Source: a virus. Taken from it: 64,000 nucleotides of DNA. Shown one piece after another: positions 8,668-18,246 of the stretch. Below the pieces are notes generated by a model, which worked only from the letters and a program-made list of their open reading frames with translations, was not told the DNA's origin and made no database searches. The DNA lies in IMG/VR virus record IMGVR_UViG_2100351000_000014. One strand, given 5' to 3'. Both the position numbers and the translations under genes were made by a program. Position 1 is the stretch's first letter. The number at the start of each line of letters is the position of its first letter.

Positions 8668-9140
8668 CGGCCACTGCTTCCGAAACCGCTAGCGCCGCGT
8701 ATTGAATCTGAAAGTACTGAAACTTCCTTGACCTCAATATAAGGGAGCAATACTACAATTCCCTGTGCAATCCTATCGCCAGTATGAATAGTAAAAGCAT
8801 CCGTTCCGTGATTATAGAGCCGTAAAATGATCTCGCCACGATAGCCGGAATCTATCACTCCAGCGTTACACTCTTCTATTCCGCTATTAATAGCAAGACC
8901 AGAGCGGCCCTTAATAATCATAGCGGGCTTCCATCCAATATACATTTCATATCCGTCAATATTTGTATCAGGTTCCCACGCTACGCCTGTAGGGATATTC
9001 GCGCCATTGTTTGGCATAATCACAGTATCGCAGTGTTCTGGCAAACAAGCATAAAAATCTATCCCAGCATTGCTAGAATCACCATGCCCAAAGCTAGGTA
9101 TAGTCGCATCGGGTCTAAGTTTCTTAAAGTTTACATGCAT
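8664..9140 (-). CDS. dut: trimeric dUTPase
   Basis: AGIDF, GRSGLA, GVIDSGYRGEI, GDRIAQGI, RGASGFGSSG motifs. Confidence 0.95.
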   Translation of the reverse strand: MHVNFKKLRPDATIPSFGHGDSSNAGIDFYACLPEHCDTVIMPNNGANIPTGVAWEPDTNIDGYEMYIGWKPAMIIKGRSGLAINSGIEECNAGVIDSGYRGEIILRLYNHGTDAFTIHTGDRIAQGIVVLLPYIEVKEVSVLSDSIRGASGFGSSGR

Positions 9141-9387
9141 TCTTTATTTCCTCCATAAAATCATGCTCTCCATAATCGCCTGAATAAAGCCATTCTACCG
9201 CGTGCATTTTATTTGACAATATCTTAGCCTCATCTGCAATCTTTTTAAGTTCCGCTATCGTCTCATCACTGTAATTGTCACAGTCCCCCCACTTATCAGG
9301 AATTTTATTGTTGTCTATCTTTCTTTGCAACTCATCGCCGAAATCATAAACTCTGCTAAAAACATGGTCAAAATCTCCGCCACTCAT
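9124..9387 (-). CDS. hypothetical protein
   Basis: MSGGDFDH...MHAVEWLYSGDYGE conserved-looking phage ORF. Confidence 0.55.
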   Translation of the reverse strand: MSGGDFDHVFSRVYDFGDELQRKIDNNKIPDKWGDCDNYSDETIAELKKIADEAKILSNKMHAVEWLYSGDYGEHDFMEEIKNACKL

Positions 9388-9668
9388 TTCCCCTCCTTAT
9401 ATCTAAACCTCATATTTTCTACGGCCTTCAATGACAGCCCCAAGTCTGCAATCTCATTGTTTATTCTGTTATCTATATAATTACAAGCAGAAACTATCAT
9501 CTCGTTTCTGCTATATGCATCCCTATCAAAATAGATCGAGAGTCTATCGATATTTCCTATGAATTGTTTGAATCCATTTTCTGATTCCCTGTCGCCTTCT
9601 TTATCGGTAAACAAGTAAGAATATTCACCGTCTCTATTTCTAATTGATAACTCTGTTATATATGCCAT
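9384..9668 (-). CDS. hypothetical protein
   Basis: coupled ORF. Confidence 0.5.
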   Translation of the reverse strand: MAYITELSIRNRDGEYSYLFTDKEGDRESENGFKQFIGNIDRLSIYFDRDAYSRNEMIVSACNYIDNRINNEIADLGLSLKAVENMRFRYKEGK

Positions 9669-10008
9669 TTATTTATTATCCTTATTCAAGGTACAACTAT
9701 AGAAATTAGTAATTACATATTTCCTCTTATCTTTACCTTTCATAATTAATCTCCTTTCAAAACCATGCCATTCAGAATAATCGCAAATAGCGCAATTATG
9801 TCTTGTGCAATTATCTGGAGGTTTAATTTTTATCATTATAGCATTCCGGTTTTTCAGCAAAGACGCATATAGGCGGGTCTGGCTTTCCCCACCATGCTAG
9901 CGCCCTCAAGTGAACATCTGGGCCTAGTGCGCTTGGGCACCTAAGCCATTTTGAACAAGTCTCATATTCGCAGAATGTTTTATCAAGAAAACAAATCATA
10001 GCACCTCC

Positions 10009-10224
10009 TTAAAGTAAAATCTTGCTATTCCAAGAATCAATAGCCTCTTCCTCTGTTTCGTATTCCATAGTGCTACAATGTATATTCGCCCAACTATCAG
10101 AATCACCACAACAGAAAACACTATATTTCCCATTAACAAACCTATCTTCTGGCATTGATAAAGCAACAAATGGGGCCATTCCACAAATTGGGCACGGCGA
10201 TACAGGTTTTCTAGCATCTCTCAT
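10009..10224 (-). CDS. Lar-like restriction alleviation protein
   Basis: PCPICG...C...EEEAIDSWN pattern. Confidence 0.65.
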   Translation of the reverse strand: MRDARKPVSPCPICGMAPFVALSMPEDRFVNGKYSVFCCGDSDSWANIHCSTMEYETEEEAIDSWNSKILL

Positions 10225-10538
10225 TTTTCACCCCTATCTATTGCCGCTAAAATCTCGTCAATTAGCTTCTCTTTCTCTATGATATTCTTATCACAGTTCC
10301 ATTTGTCGTTACAAGCCCCTATAGAACAAACCGAAACAAGGTTAAGAGAATGGTTGATAATTTCAGAGCCGTACTTTTTTAGATTAGCCTTGCTCTTACA
10401 TATTTTATGAGCCAACTGTGGAGTACCATGGGTATAGATTGATTTCCCGCAAGATTGACAAGTCCAATTATCGCGGGAGAATATCTCTTCTCGTTTATCG
10501 TTAGCCTCTAGCTTTTCAAGATTAGTCATTATTTCCAC
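10221..10538 (-). CDS. HNH endonuclease-like protein
   Basis: IFSRDNWTCQSCG...QLAH...NLVSVC...CN. Confidence 0.7.
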   Translation of the reverse strand: MEIMTNLEKLEANDKREEIFSRDNWTCQSCGKSIYTHGTPQLAHKICKSKANLKKYGSEIINHSLNLVSVCSIGACNDKWNCDKNIIEKEKLIDEILAAIDRGEK

Positions 10539-10873
10539 TCATATTTTGCTACAAACTTACGGGGACTATTATTGCTCAATGCTTTGATACTCCATATCGC
10601 ATAAAAAATAAATGATATAGGGTCAAGAATCATTCCGTGGTTATCAAAATAAATGCAACTATATCCGATGAAACTTTTCATAGAATTATCATCAAATAAT
10701 GACTTACCAGTCTTGTGCCACGATCTCGAATTATAACACTTAATAAAGTTATTAAATGTAGAAAAACTCCATCCATTACAATCATCTTCAGTTACAACCA
10801 TAGAAATATGTGCAATATAAAAAATAAACCACAATAATACCAATGCTAAAAGAATTACATACCACAAAATCAT
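10529..10873 (-). CDS. hypothetical membrane protein
   Basis: N-terminal hydrophobic helix. Confidence 0.5.
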   Translation of the reverse strand: MILWYVILLALVLLWFIFYIAHISMVVTEDDCNGWSFSTFNNFIKCYNSRSWHKTGKSLFDDNSMKSFIGYSCIYFDNHGMILDPISFIFYAIWSIKALSNNSPRKFVAKYEWK

Positions 10874-10883
10874 AGATTCCTCC

Positions 10884-11672
10884 CTAAAATAATTCTTGCT
10901 CTATCTCACCACGAAATACTTCGGCAACCATACTAACCGCATCTTTCTTTTTCGTCAACGGGGCTTCGACTGTTACCGCTCGGGATTGTTTTTCGACTTC
11001 CGGTTCTGCTGTTACCGCTCGGGATTTTACTTCCTCAAGATCGGCCATTAGATTTTTGTAGTCAACCGCATTGTCAAGATCGATACCATAACTCAAGAGC
11101 TGTTCCTTAACGTGCTCGGACAGTTGGCAAAACTCGGCTACGTTCATATAGGACGAAGTTTTCCAAACAGTGAATTGCATAACTTGTTTTTCTGGAATCC
11201 ACTTTTCATCGACTACGCGGCCCATGGTTTCGTTTATCATCCGGCGTACTGCATCAACCATACCAGGTTGAACATCTATCACGCCGCGAGGGGCATAGCG
11301 TTCAAGGTAGTCCTCGTGTATCATTTCAGGCGTAACGCTTCCGGCTTCACTCCATTTAATCTTTTGGTTATCAGTCCATGCCGACTTGTGTCCGTTGACG
11401 ATATTGGCCTCTAGTGTATGAGCTTCCCATAGCCAAGCATTTTGATCTAGCGAGCGCTTGACGTAGTGCACGTCGATGTTTACGTCCAATTCCACGGGCT
11501 CTTTCCCATTGGCTTTGTTCTTTGCATTTTTCTCTACGATCTTCCGCATTTCGGCGCGGATTTTATCACGATACACCTCGGGATAACTAAGGATTAAAAG
11601 ATCATCTCCTTTCGTTATCCCGAGCCGGTTATATTCTTTTAGGTCGAGAGTGGCCGGAAAGTGAAGGCGCAT
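10884..11672 (-). CDS. hypothetical protein with NinB-like motif
   Basis: KRSLDQNAWLW resembles the NinB/Orf RS..QN..LW motif; lies in the recombination block. Confidence 0.45.
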   Translation of the reverse strand: MRLHFPATLDLKEYNRLGITKGDDLLILSYPEVYRDKIRAEMRKIVEKNAKNKANGKEPVELDVNIDVHYVKRSLDQNAWLWEAHTLEANIVNGHKSAWTDNQKIKWSEAGSVTPEMIHEDYLERYAPRGVIDVQPGMVDAVRRMINETMGRVVDEKWIPEKQVMQFTVWKTSSYMNVAEFCQLSEHVKEQLLSYGIDLDNAVDYKNLMADLEEVKSRAVTAEPEVEKQSRAVTVEAPLTKKKDAVSMVAEVFRGEIEQELF

Positions 11673-12017
11673 TTATTCCTCGCTTCTAAGAGCATCTATA
11701 GCATATTGCGGAACACGATAGCCCATCGCCCGCAATGATTCGAGCCTATCCGCACACTCGCTAGCCGTATCATCGTTGTACGATTCACTATCGCAAGGAA
11801 GGCCAATAGCTACAAGTTCGGCCTCGTCTACTATTTTCATAACTTTCCCATATCGTTCAAGCCATTGATTGCTCTTTTCAAGTGGTACATCGGGCGGAAT
11901 AGGCTCTTTAAAAATGCGCTTATATCCTGCTACATGAGTAGTGAATCCACTATCGCAATCTTCATAGACGTAAACATCGCATTGGAAGTCATCGCTACTC
12001 CATCGGCAATAACTCAT
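11673..12017 (-). CDS. conserved hypothetical phage protein
   Basis: MSYCRWSSDDFQCDVYVYED...GYRVPQYAIDAL. Confidence 0.65.
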   Translation of the reverse strand: MSYCRWSSDDFQCDVYVYEDCDSGFTTHVAGYKRIFKEPIPPDVPLEKSNQWLERYGKVMKIVDEAELVAIGLPCDSESYNDDTASECADRLESLRAMGYRVPQYAIDALRSEE

Positions 12018-12075
12018 TTCACAACCTCCTTGAATAAAGTAATTCCGTCTAAACTAATTAGACGGAATTGGTTGA

Positions 12076-12681
12076 CTAATACTTAGAAGCCCACTTGTCT
12101 TTATAGATTGCGAGGTATTGCGGGAAGTTATTAAGCCAGTCCCAAAATGACTTGACGTTTGGAATAACCGACTCGACTACTTCCCGGCGATACTCGTCAA
12201 TATACACGCCAGCACCATCGGCATAGACATAGCGCATCCCGATAGGCCCATCGATCAAATCAAGGTACATTTTAGTCTGAGGGCTCTTGTGATACTTGCC
12301 CATCTCGAAAGACTTCCCAAACTTTATATCGTTAATCCAAGGCCCCTTGAGAGCATCGAGACGGCCATAAAGCAAGAAGCTAGTACCATCTATATCGACC
12401 TCTTTAGACGCCTTGAGTTGAAAGCATCCGCCACGAACATAACTTGCGACCTCACGGACACAATCGCCATAGACCCCATCGCCGGGCTCCTTGCCCTCAT
12501 CGCAAAAGTCCGTGACGGCATCCTCGAAATCACGGCCCGCTTTCATGGCTGGATTGTCGGGAATTGATTCACGATTAAGCGACGACACAAAGTCCGCTAG
12601 GGCCTGTTCCTCCCCGTCATCCCAAGAGTTTAGATACCACTCCCAAGAGCCGAGGAGGGACGCCGTAACAAGGAGACTCAC
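12076..12681 (-). CDS. PD-(D/E)XK exonuclease-like protein
   Basis: LYGRLDAL...INDIK motif; coupled to the Sak4-like ATPase. Confidence 0.7.
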   Translation of the reverse strand: MSLLVTASLLGSWEWYLNSWDDGEEQALADFVSSLNRESIPDNPAMKAGRDFEDAVTDFCDEGKEPGDGVYGDCVREVASYVRGGCFQLKASKEVDIDGTSFLLYGRLDALKGPWINDIKFGKSFEMGKYHKSPQTKMYLDLIDGPIGMRYVYADGAGVYIDEYRREVVESVIPNVKSFWDWLNNFPQYLAIYKDKWASKY

Positions 12682-13603
12682 TTGCCAGCCTCGAAGCCCT
12701 TATCCTTGACGTACTCAAATCCGAGGGCCTTGATCTTTTTATTCAGTAGATACTTGCTCTCCGCGAGGCTACCAAAAACATGATCGGTCGTATTGATAAG
12801 ATTCAGGGCCGCATTTGCATCATCGGGCGTCTTGATCTCATCCATCATATTGCGGAAGCCCGACATGATCTTATCATAAGCCTCGCCGAGCTTTGCCTCT
12901 TCCTGAACATTGGCCGCTATCTTAGCAAAGAGCGTTGAAAGGAAGTCGTTAGGCTCGCCCTTCATGACATTGGGAAGCTCTATAACTCCCTCAATTCCAT
13001 GTGTACCCTTTGCATAAAACCTATCCGAGGGAGAGAAACAGATAGTCCTCTTGTTCCCGTTAGTCTCCATAAAACCGCCCAAGTCCATGGGCTTCCAAAT
13101 TTCATTTCGGCTCTTGCCGTCCATGTCGAGGCGATAGACGTTTACGTCGTTGTCCGTCTCCTCCTTAACGTGAAAGGTAATAACTAGATGCTTCCTAAGC
13201 TCCTCGCGGATATAGACTACCATGCGCGAGAACTCATTGGCGAGAGCGCCATAGCCTTGCATTGAAAGCGTCTTTCCATCGTGCTGGACATTCTTTGGAG
13301 CCTGTTTAATGACCCAAGGCTTCATGAGGTTCAGAAACGAACCGCCCGTATCAATTGCGATGGTCTCGAACTGTCCGAGGTTAGCAGGGACAAGATCGGT
13401 AAGTACCTCTTCGTAGTCTTTAGGTTCGATGCGCTCGGCCTTGCGGCAATGCGCGGGAATCCTGTCCACCCCCCCGGGTCTGTCATCACCGCTAGCGTAG
13501 CAGGGCCGGAAAGCGCAAGAGTTGACTTTCCAATTCCGGGAACTCCAGCAAGAAGCACAGAGTAGCGCCTCGCACTAGACACTTCATTCGGCTTGAGAAT
13601 CAT
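12678..13603 (-). CDS. AAA_24 / Sak4-like ssDNA-annealing ATPase, split by a frameshift at the G7 tract 13469-13475
   Basis: Walker A GVPGIGKST in 13331-13603; IAIDT and rest of the domain in 12678-13469; frames join at GACCCGGGGGGGTGGAC. Confidence 0.8.
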
Positions 13604-13615
13604 CCTATAGACCTC

Positions 13616-13867
13616 CTAGTAAAACTTGAGAGTATCTTGCAACTCTTTTCTTTTAGCTCTCATCCCTTCGATCAATTTCCATGGGTCATATCCGGCCCAA
13701 TTAGCAAATACCTCAAAATCTCCCGACTCGAAAAAGTTTAGCGCATCGTCACGGAAAAAGCAAGTGCCCTCGGCGTAGTCGTCAAGGGCCGATTCGAGCA
13801 CGGCCATGCCTAAGTCCCTAGCCGCTATCTCGGGGGTTACCCTAACTGGCATTGTCCACAATCCCAA
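13616..13867 (-). CDS. hypothetical protein
   Basis: AVLESALDDY...DALNFFES pattern seen in small phage proteins. Confidence 0.5.
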   Translation of the reverse strand: MGLWTMPVRVTPEIAARDLGMAVLESALDDYAEGTCFFRDDALNFFESGDFEVFANWAGYDPWKLIEGMRAKRKELQDTLKFY

Positions 13868-13996
13868 TCATCGAAGGGCCCGAATGTACAAGACCAGGAT
13901 TCCGCAAGGCAATGCGCGCAAGGGCCGGACAAAAATTGGGGATAGGGCGATAGAGTCCCGAGGTATCATCGTGTTTCTGCTTCTCGCAAGTCCCGA

Positions 13997-14188
13997 TCAT
14001 CCTTTAATCTCCTTTGCCGTTACGGCTATAACATGGTTAAGGTCAAATGCCAAAAGAGCTATCTCGCAACCCTCCCAATACAATTTTGTAAAATTAGATT
14101 TTTCATTTTGTTTGGTATCAAATTTCGAACAGTTAATAGTGATAATGGCACCACTATCCATATAAACACTCACATTAAATTTAGCCAT
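13997..14188 (-). CDS. hypothetical protein
   Basis: GGAGG RBS, coupled ORF. Confidence 0.5.
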   Translation of the reverse strand: MAKFNVSVYMDSGAIITINCSKFDTKQNEKSNFTKLYWEGCEIALLAFDLNHVIAVTAKEIKG

Positions 14189-14370
14189 TATTTATCCTCC
14201 TTTGCAGCGTACTCAATAATAGCATCGGCAAGAGAAAGTGACTGACTAGCTATTCGCAACTTTGCCGCCGGTGTAATCTGTCCACTTTCCCTAGCCTCGA
14301 CTCCCGCTAGATTCCCTGCGATTCTAGAGGCTACCTCGATTTTCTTTACAATACGCTCTTCGTCGGTCAT
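14188..14370 (-). CDS. hypothetical protein
   Basis: coupled ORF. Confidence 0.5.
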   Translation of the reverse strand: MTDEERIVKKIEVASRIAGNLAGVEARESGQITPAAKLRIASQSLSLADAIIEYAAKEDK

Positions 14371-14382
14371 TTATCTTTCTCC

Positions 14383-14871
14383 TTATTCATAAAATCCGCC
14401 CATGCCATCGGCGTCGAGCCTGTCTAATTCATAGCGCGTAAACTCCAGCTTACTTTCAATACTATGAATATCGGCAAGGAGTATCTCACGCTTTAATTCT
14501 CTGGACGGTTTAGCCCCCTTTAGAATAAAATAACTCCCTCCGCAATAAGTACCGCCTGAATCAGTAGGGGCCCAAAAGCGTTTATCTTCTGGATATTCTT
14601 CCCATATCCCCTTATTGGTTTTTATTACTTTATCGAAATCTAAAATGAGGCTAAACTCATCGAAGTTGTCATCGGTAAGTTTGAAAGAAAGTGATTCGCT
14701 GGAACTCCAATAAGTATCGCGCATCCAGTATTGGCCATCGTCTTCAAGAACAGTGAAAGTCCAGTTTTTACACCACGTGGGCTCATGTCCATATCCAGTG
14801 TCTGGCTCTGGTATTTCATGCTTATAAAGTCCGGTTATCACTAGTTTGTCAATGTTAGATTGAGAAAGCAT
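14383..14871 (-). CDS. hypothetical protein
   Basis: GGAGG RBS; sigma70 promoter upstream. Confidence 0.6.
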   Translation of the reverse strand: MLSQSNIDKLVITGLYKHEIPEPDTGYGHEPTWCKNWTFTVLEDDGQYWMRDTYWSSSESLSFKLTDDNFDEFSLILDFDKVIKTNKGIWEEYPEDKRFWAPTDSGGTYCGGSYFILKGAKPSRELKREILLADIHSIESKLEFTRYELDRLDADGMGGFYE

Positions 14872-15011
14872 TTGCCCTCCTTAGATCGGCGCTCTTTTGT
14901 CGCCCGTATTTTATAACTCAATACTATAATAGTATTGTGAGATTGTCAACTAAAATCGTAAAATAATGTCGGGCGGTAATGGGCCGCCCTATCCCTACTT
15001 GGGAACACTAT

Positions 15012-15224
15012 CTAGCAATCCAGCCACTTATCAAGGCCATGCTTATAGGCGACAATATCGATCGATGCATAGTCGCGAGCAATGCCCACTTCGATTGAGC
15101 CATTAAGGCTAGTCTCATACATGCGGCTAGCAGCCATTTTTGCCCCGCGAAGTGTTTTAGCATTAGTCTCGTGCCACTTGCTGTCACCGGTCTTGCTGGT
15201 CACTACGTACTGTCCTGCTTCCAT
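15012..15224 (-). CDS. small early hypothetical protein (start MEAGQY)
   Basis: AGGAG RBS before ATG at 15224; own sigma70 promoter. Confidence 0.55.
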   Translation of the reverse strand: MEAGQYVVTSKTGDSKWHETNAKTLRGAKMAASRMYETSLNGSIEVGIARDYASIDIVAYKHGLDKWLDC

Positions 15225-15258
15225 CTTGTATCTCCTTTCTCGCTCTCTTGATAAGACT

Positions 15259-15287
15259 ATAATACAACTTCTCGGAAAGGCTGTCAA
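15259..15287 (-). promoter_or_regulatory. sigma70-type promoter
   Basis: TTGACA-17-TATTAT with TG extension. Confidence 0.75.
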
Positions 15288-15289
15288 TA

Positions 15290-15559
15290 CTATGCCGCAA
15301 GTTTTTTCAACAGATTTTTTTTAATATATATCGCACAACCGACTATAGTTTTGTTGCTATTGTATAGAGGCGCTATCCCAAAACTTGCAACCTTGCCCTT
15401 GTTTAATTGATCTTCAATTGTTACATAGTTAACGGCTTCCGCGACCATTTTCTCGAGCTTATCAATTTCAGATTGATCTTTAATACCCAAAACATAAAAC
15501 TTGCTTTTACTGCCTTCTGACTTGTCTTGGAAATGATAACCATTGAAAATATAATCCAT
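15290..15559 (-). CDS. small early hypothetical protein
   Basis: GGAGG RBS; own promoter. Confidence 0.6.
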   Translation of the reverse strand: MDYIFNGYHFQDKSEGSKSKFYVLGIKDQSEIDKLEKMVAEAVNYVTIEDQLNKGKVASFGIAPLYNSNKTIVGCAIYIKKNLLKKLAA

Positions 15560-15586
15560 ATCGTTCCTCCCTTACTTGATAATATG

Positions 15587-15615
15587 AGTATACAACTTTA
15601 TGGAAAGTCTGTCAA
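15587..15615 (-). promoter_or_regulatory. sigma70-type promoter
   Basis: TTGACA-17-TATACT with TG extension. Confidence 0.8.
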
Positions 15616-15801
15616 GCAAAATAAACAAATAAAGCGCATTATTTTGAAAGTATATAGCTACACTAATGTATAGTAATTTTGACAGTATGGCGTATTATGT
15701 CGATAAGATTAGACATTATAAAAAGCCCCATCATGGCGGAGGTTTCCACGGTGGGGCTAAGTAACCTAATAAATGGATGATAACAACTATTATGATATTA
15801 T

Positions 15802-16176
15802 TCAAGTGGGGGTATTAGCCCATTCAACTAGCTCATCGATTGACTCAAAAACTGGCATGTCGAAAACGTGCATTGCGATAATCCGTTCCCACTTTGCGCC
15901 CCAGGATTTTTGCCAGCCTCGAAGCAAAAAAACCGCATCGCAATCGCACATTGCCTTTATATCCTCACGCATGAACCCATAACGAGAAGGCATTGCCCTT
16001 ATACCATGCTCGACCTCGTAGAAAATCTCTCTTGCAATATCGGCAGGATTTGAAAACATTAGACCATTAACAGCGATAAGATGAGCGGCCTCATCGAAGG
16101 CGGGGAAGTTATTATCGGGAAGGCCCGTCATTTTCCCGCTGATATATATCTTCTTTAGTCTATGAACTGTTGCCAA
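15802..16176 (-). CDS. DUF4406 / nucleoside 2-deoxyribosyltransferase-like protein
   Basis: KIYISGKMTGLPDNNFPAFDEAA...NPA...CDAVFLLRGWQKSWGAKWE. Confidence 0.85.
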   Translation of the reverse strand: MATVHRLKKIYISGKMTGLPDNNFPAFDEAAHLIAVNGLMFSNPADIAREIFYEVEHGIRAMPSRYGFMREDIKAMCDCDAVFLLRGWQKSWGAKWERIIAMHVFDMPVFESIDELVEWANTPT

Positions 16177-16439
16177 TTAGTCCATCCTTTCTCAACACAA
16201 AGAAGGGCAAGGTATCCAACGCAATCTGAAATATCATTTTGCCTTAGCTCATCGCTATTTTTTACCCTTCCCAATTTATCGTCAAGTCTAATCCTGATAG
16301 AGCTTTCTGCATCGAGCTTATTAAAAACATGAATAGGCGATAAAGCAGAATCGCCATATCGTTTGTTTTTCTCCAGCACAAGATCGCGTATCCCGTTGAA
16401 TACCGCTGTAATTTCCTCGGCTCTAGATTGCTCTATCAA
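16155..16439 (-). CDS. nucleotide modification-associated domain 1 (Nmad1/DUF1599-like, MazG-like fold)
   Basis: LEKNKRYGDS...IRLDDKLGR...DISDCVGY. Confidence 0.7.
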   Translation of the reverse strand: MIEQSRAEEITAVFNGIRDLVLEKNKRYGDSALSPIHVFNKLDAESSIRIRLDDKLGRVKNSDELRQNDISDCVGYLALLCVEKGWTNWQQFID

Positions 16440-16696
16440 AGTGCTCCTCCCTCATCATCGCTATCGTTCCCGACAGCACCTTCTAGCATTGCGTCTTTTC
16501 TCATGTTCACGCATTTGTCTACTTGTTTCATCCATTTATCAATTGTGTCTTTCTTAGAATCTACTTGCGTCATATCCATCGAAACGTCACTGGCATTGAT
16601 ATGGATTGAAAACTCATAGCATTGCGTTTCAGGCTCGAAACGATAAGAGCCATATTCAACATCGAGAGGGTTAACAGAATAGCGACCGATTATCAT
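16436..16696 (-). CDS. hypothetical protein
   Basis: coupled ORF. Confidence 0.5.
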   Translation of the reverse strand: MIIGRYSVNPLDVEYGSYRFEPETQCYEFSIHINASDVSMDMTQVDSKKDTIDKWMKQVDKCVNMRKDAMLEGAVGNDSDDEGGAL

Positions 16697-16903
16697 ATAA
16701 GCTCCCTATATCTACCCAATGCCGTATCAGTGCAAACTCCCAAAGCCTTTGCTACGTCATCATGTTTTCTTTTTGGCCAATACTCTAAAAGTATAGCATC
16801 CTCTTCTTTAGTCCACGTTCTTTTATTAGCGCTATGAGGCTCGGGCAAAATATCAAGTCTCTTCCGTATCTCGCTAATATCTAATCTCTATATGTTCTCT
16901 CAT
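16693..16903 (-). CDS. Myb/SANT-like HTH protein (missed by the ORF track; 1-nt insertion near 16884)
   Basis: frame reads ...KRTWTKEEDAILLEYWPKRKHDDVAKALGV...; ATGA overlaps with both neighbours once one base is removed. Confidence 0.6.
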
Positions 16904-17709
16904 TTTTCTACCTCATCGAAATCGACATGCTCATATCCCTCATCGTGATATAAGCTAACGTCCATTTTTATGGGAGTATAAACAGGCTCCCTGTCATCAT
17001 ACAAGTCAAGAATTGAAAGCCCGACAGTGTAATACCATGCTGTATACCTACGCCCATTTGCGGAAGCTATCGGCAAGCAAAGGCATGGGCAAGCCGCCGA
17101 TATTCTACCATCACGATTAACACTAAGGCTATAGTGGACATGGCCCCTCAATATAATATCAGGAGCATCCTTATCCTCAAGAAAAGCCTCATGTTCCATT
17201 CTTGCAAGCTCTTTAAGAATTGGAGTAGCTTGTCCATACGAAATATCAGAACGCCCAACAACGTGCCGAGTATGAATCTTCCATCCAAGTATGTCTAGTT
17301 TCTGAACATCTTTTATAGAACATCCAATCTCCTCAGCTACGGCGTCTTCATATTCACACACTCCATTTGAGTGGAACGGGGTACCGCGTACAAGAAAGAT
17401 AAGCGACGGGTCTACTCCAGTTCTCAAAAGCAAACTAGCCGCACATTTTGCTTGTTTCCTAACATCTGAAAATAAAGTATCAAGCGTCCCCTTTTTCCCT
17501 TCACCATCTGTAAAATCTCCGAGCCCTAAACAAAAATCAAACGGCCCATACTTATCAAGTGTTGTCTCATACCAGTTATAAAATATCTCTTGTGATTTCC
17601 TTATAAAACTATCTCCGAAATAATCAGGGCTAACCAATCCTCCGATATTACCGCAATGAGGGTCTGAAATTACTACCCCTCTTCGATGTTCTGACATGTT
17701 ATCCTCCAT
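16900..17709 (-). CDS. calcineurin-like metallophosphoesterase
   Basis: ISDPHCG, LGDFTDG, RGTPFH, ILRGHVH motifs. Confidence 0.8.
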   Translation of the reverse strand: MEDNMSEHRRGVVISDPHCGNIGGLVSPDYFGDSFIRKSQEIFYNWYETTLDKYGPFDFCLGLGDFTDGEGKKGTLDTLFSDVRKQAKCAASLLLRTGVDPSLIFLVRGTPFHSNGVCEYEDAVAEEIGCSIKDVQKLDILGWKIHTRHVVGRSDISYGQATPILKELARMEHEAFLEDKDAPDIILRGHVHYSLSVNRDGRISAACPCLCLPIASANGRRYTAWYYTVGLSILDLYDDREPVYTPIKMDVSLYHDEGYEHVDFDEVEK

Positions 17710-17711
17710 CT

Positions 17712-17740
17712 AAAATAAAGGCGCAGCACAAGCCACGCCG
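17712..17740 (-). terminator. intrinsic terminator ending the lysis cassette
   Basis: GGCGTGGC-TTGT-GCTGCGCC then TTTATTTT. Confidence 0.65.
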
Positions 17741-17778
17741 ATAATATAATAACTAATTATAAATTGCGCAAGTAGGGT

Positions 17779-18237
17779 CTACCACAATCCGGCAATATGC
17801 CCACCGATATATCCACCCATTATAATCGATAGACCGCCTAGAATGTAATTCAATTTATGGGATGCTACGTATGAAGCATTTAACTTTTTCAAGTCCGTCG
17901 ATAACTGATTGAATGTCGTTTCCTGTTCCATCAAGTTCGCTCGCTGCTTCGTCAAGAGATCGTTTGATTCCGTCAATTGTTTCTTGAGAGCGTCTATTGC
18001 TATCTGCGAGTTGTTTTTCGAGTCCGTCAATTGTGCTTGAAGATTGTCTATTAAGGTCTGTGAGTCTGTTATTTTCTGCTTCGATTCTCTTATTTGTTTC
18101 TGCACCGATTGTAATTTTATTTGATAAGTCGTCAACGATTCTATCATGGTATCTTTTGCCGATTGCCCCGACAATAAGGCCACCGATAAGCAAACAAACA
18201 ATACTGACAATAAAATAGCTTTTGATTTTATCCACAT
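17779..18237 (-). CDS. spanin-like coiled-coil protein with N- and C-terminal hydrophobic segments
   Basis: signal-like N-terminus, Q/K/L heptads, C-terminal TM; last gene of the lysis cassette. Confidence 0.6.
   Translation of the reverse strand: MWIKSKAILLSVLFVCLSVALLSGQSAKDTMIESLTTYQIKLQSVQKQIRESKQKITDSQTLIDNLQAQLTDSKNNSQIAIDALKKQLTESNDLLTKQRANLMEQETTFNQLSTDLKKLNASYVASHKLNYILGGLSIIMGGYIGGHIAGLW
17855..18235 (-). CDS. i-spanin-like coiled-coil protein nested out-of-frame in 17779-18237
   Basis: GTG start 2 nt after the host ATG, N-terminal TM, heptad repeats. Confidence 0.55.
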   Translation of the reverse strand: MDKIKSYFIVSIVCLLIGGLIVGAIGKRYHDRIVDDLSNKITIGAETNKRIEAENNRLTDLNRQSSSTIDGLEKQLADSNRRSQETIDGIKRSLDEAASELDGTGNDIQSVIDGLEKVKCFIRSIP

Positions 18238-18246
18238 TGCTACTCC

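Noticed and set aside
16693-16903. Eukaryote-derived Myb gene
   Set aside because: Short SANT/Myb-like HTH proteins are common beside phage phosphoesterases; there is no evidence of transfer
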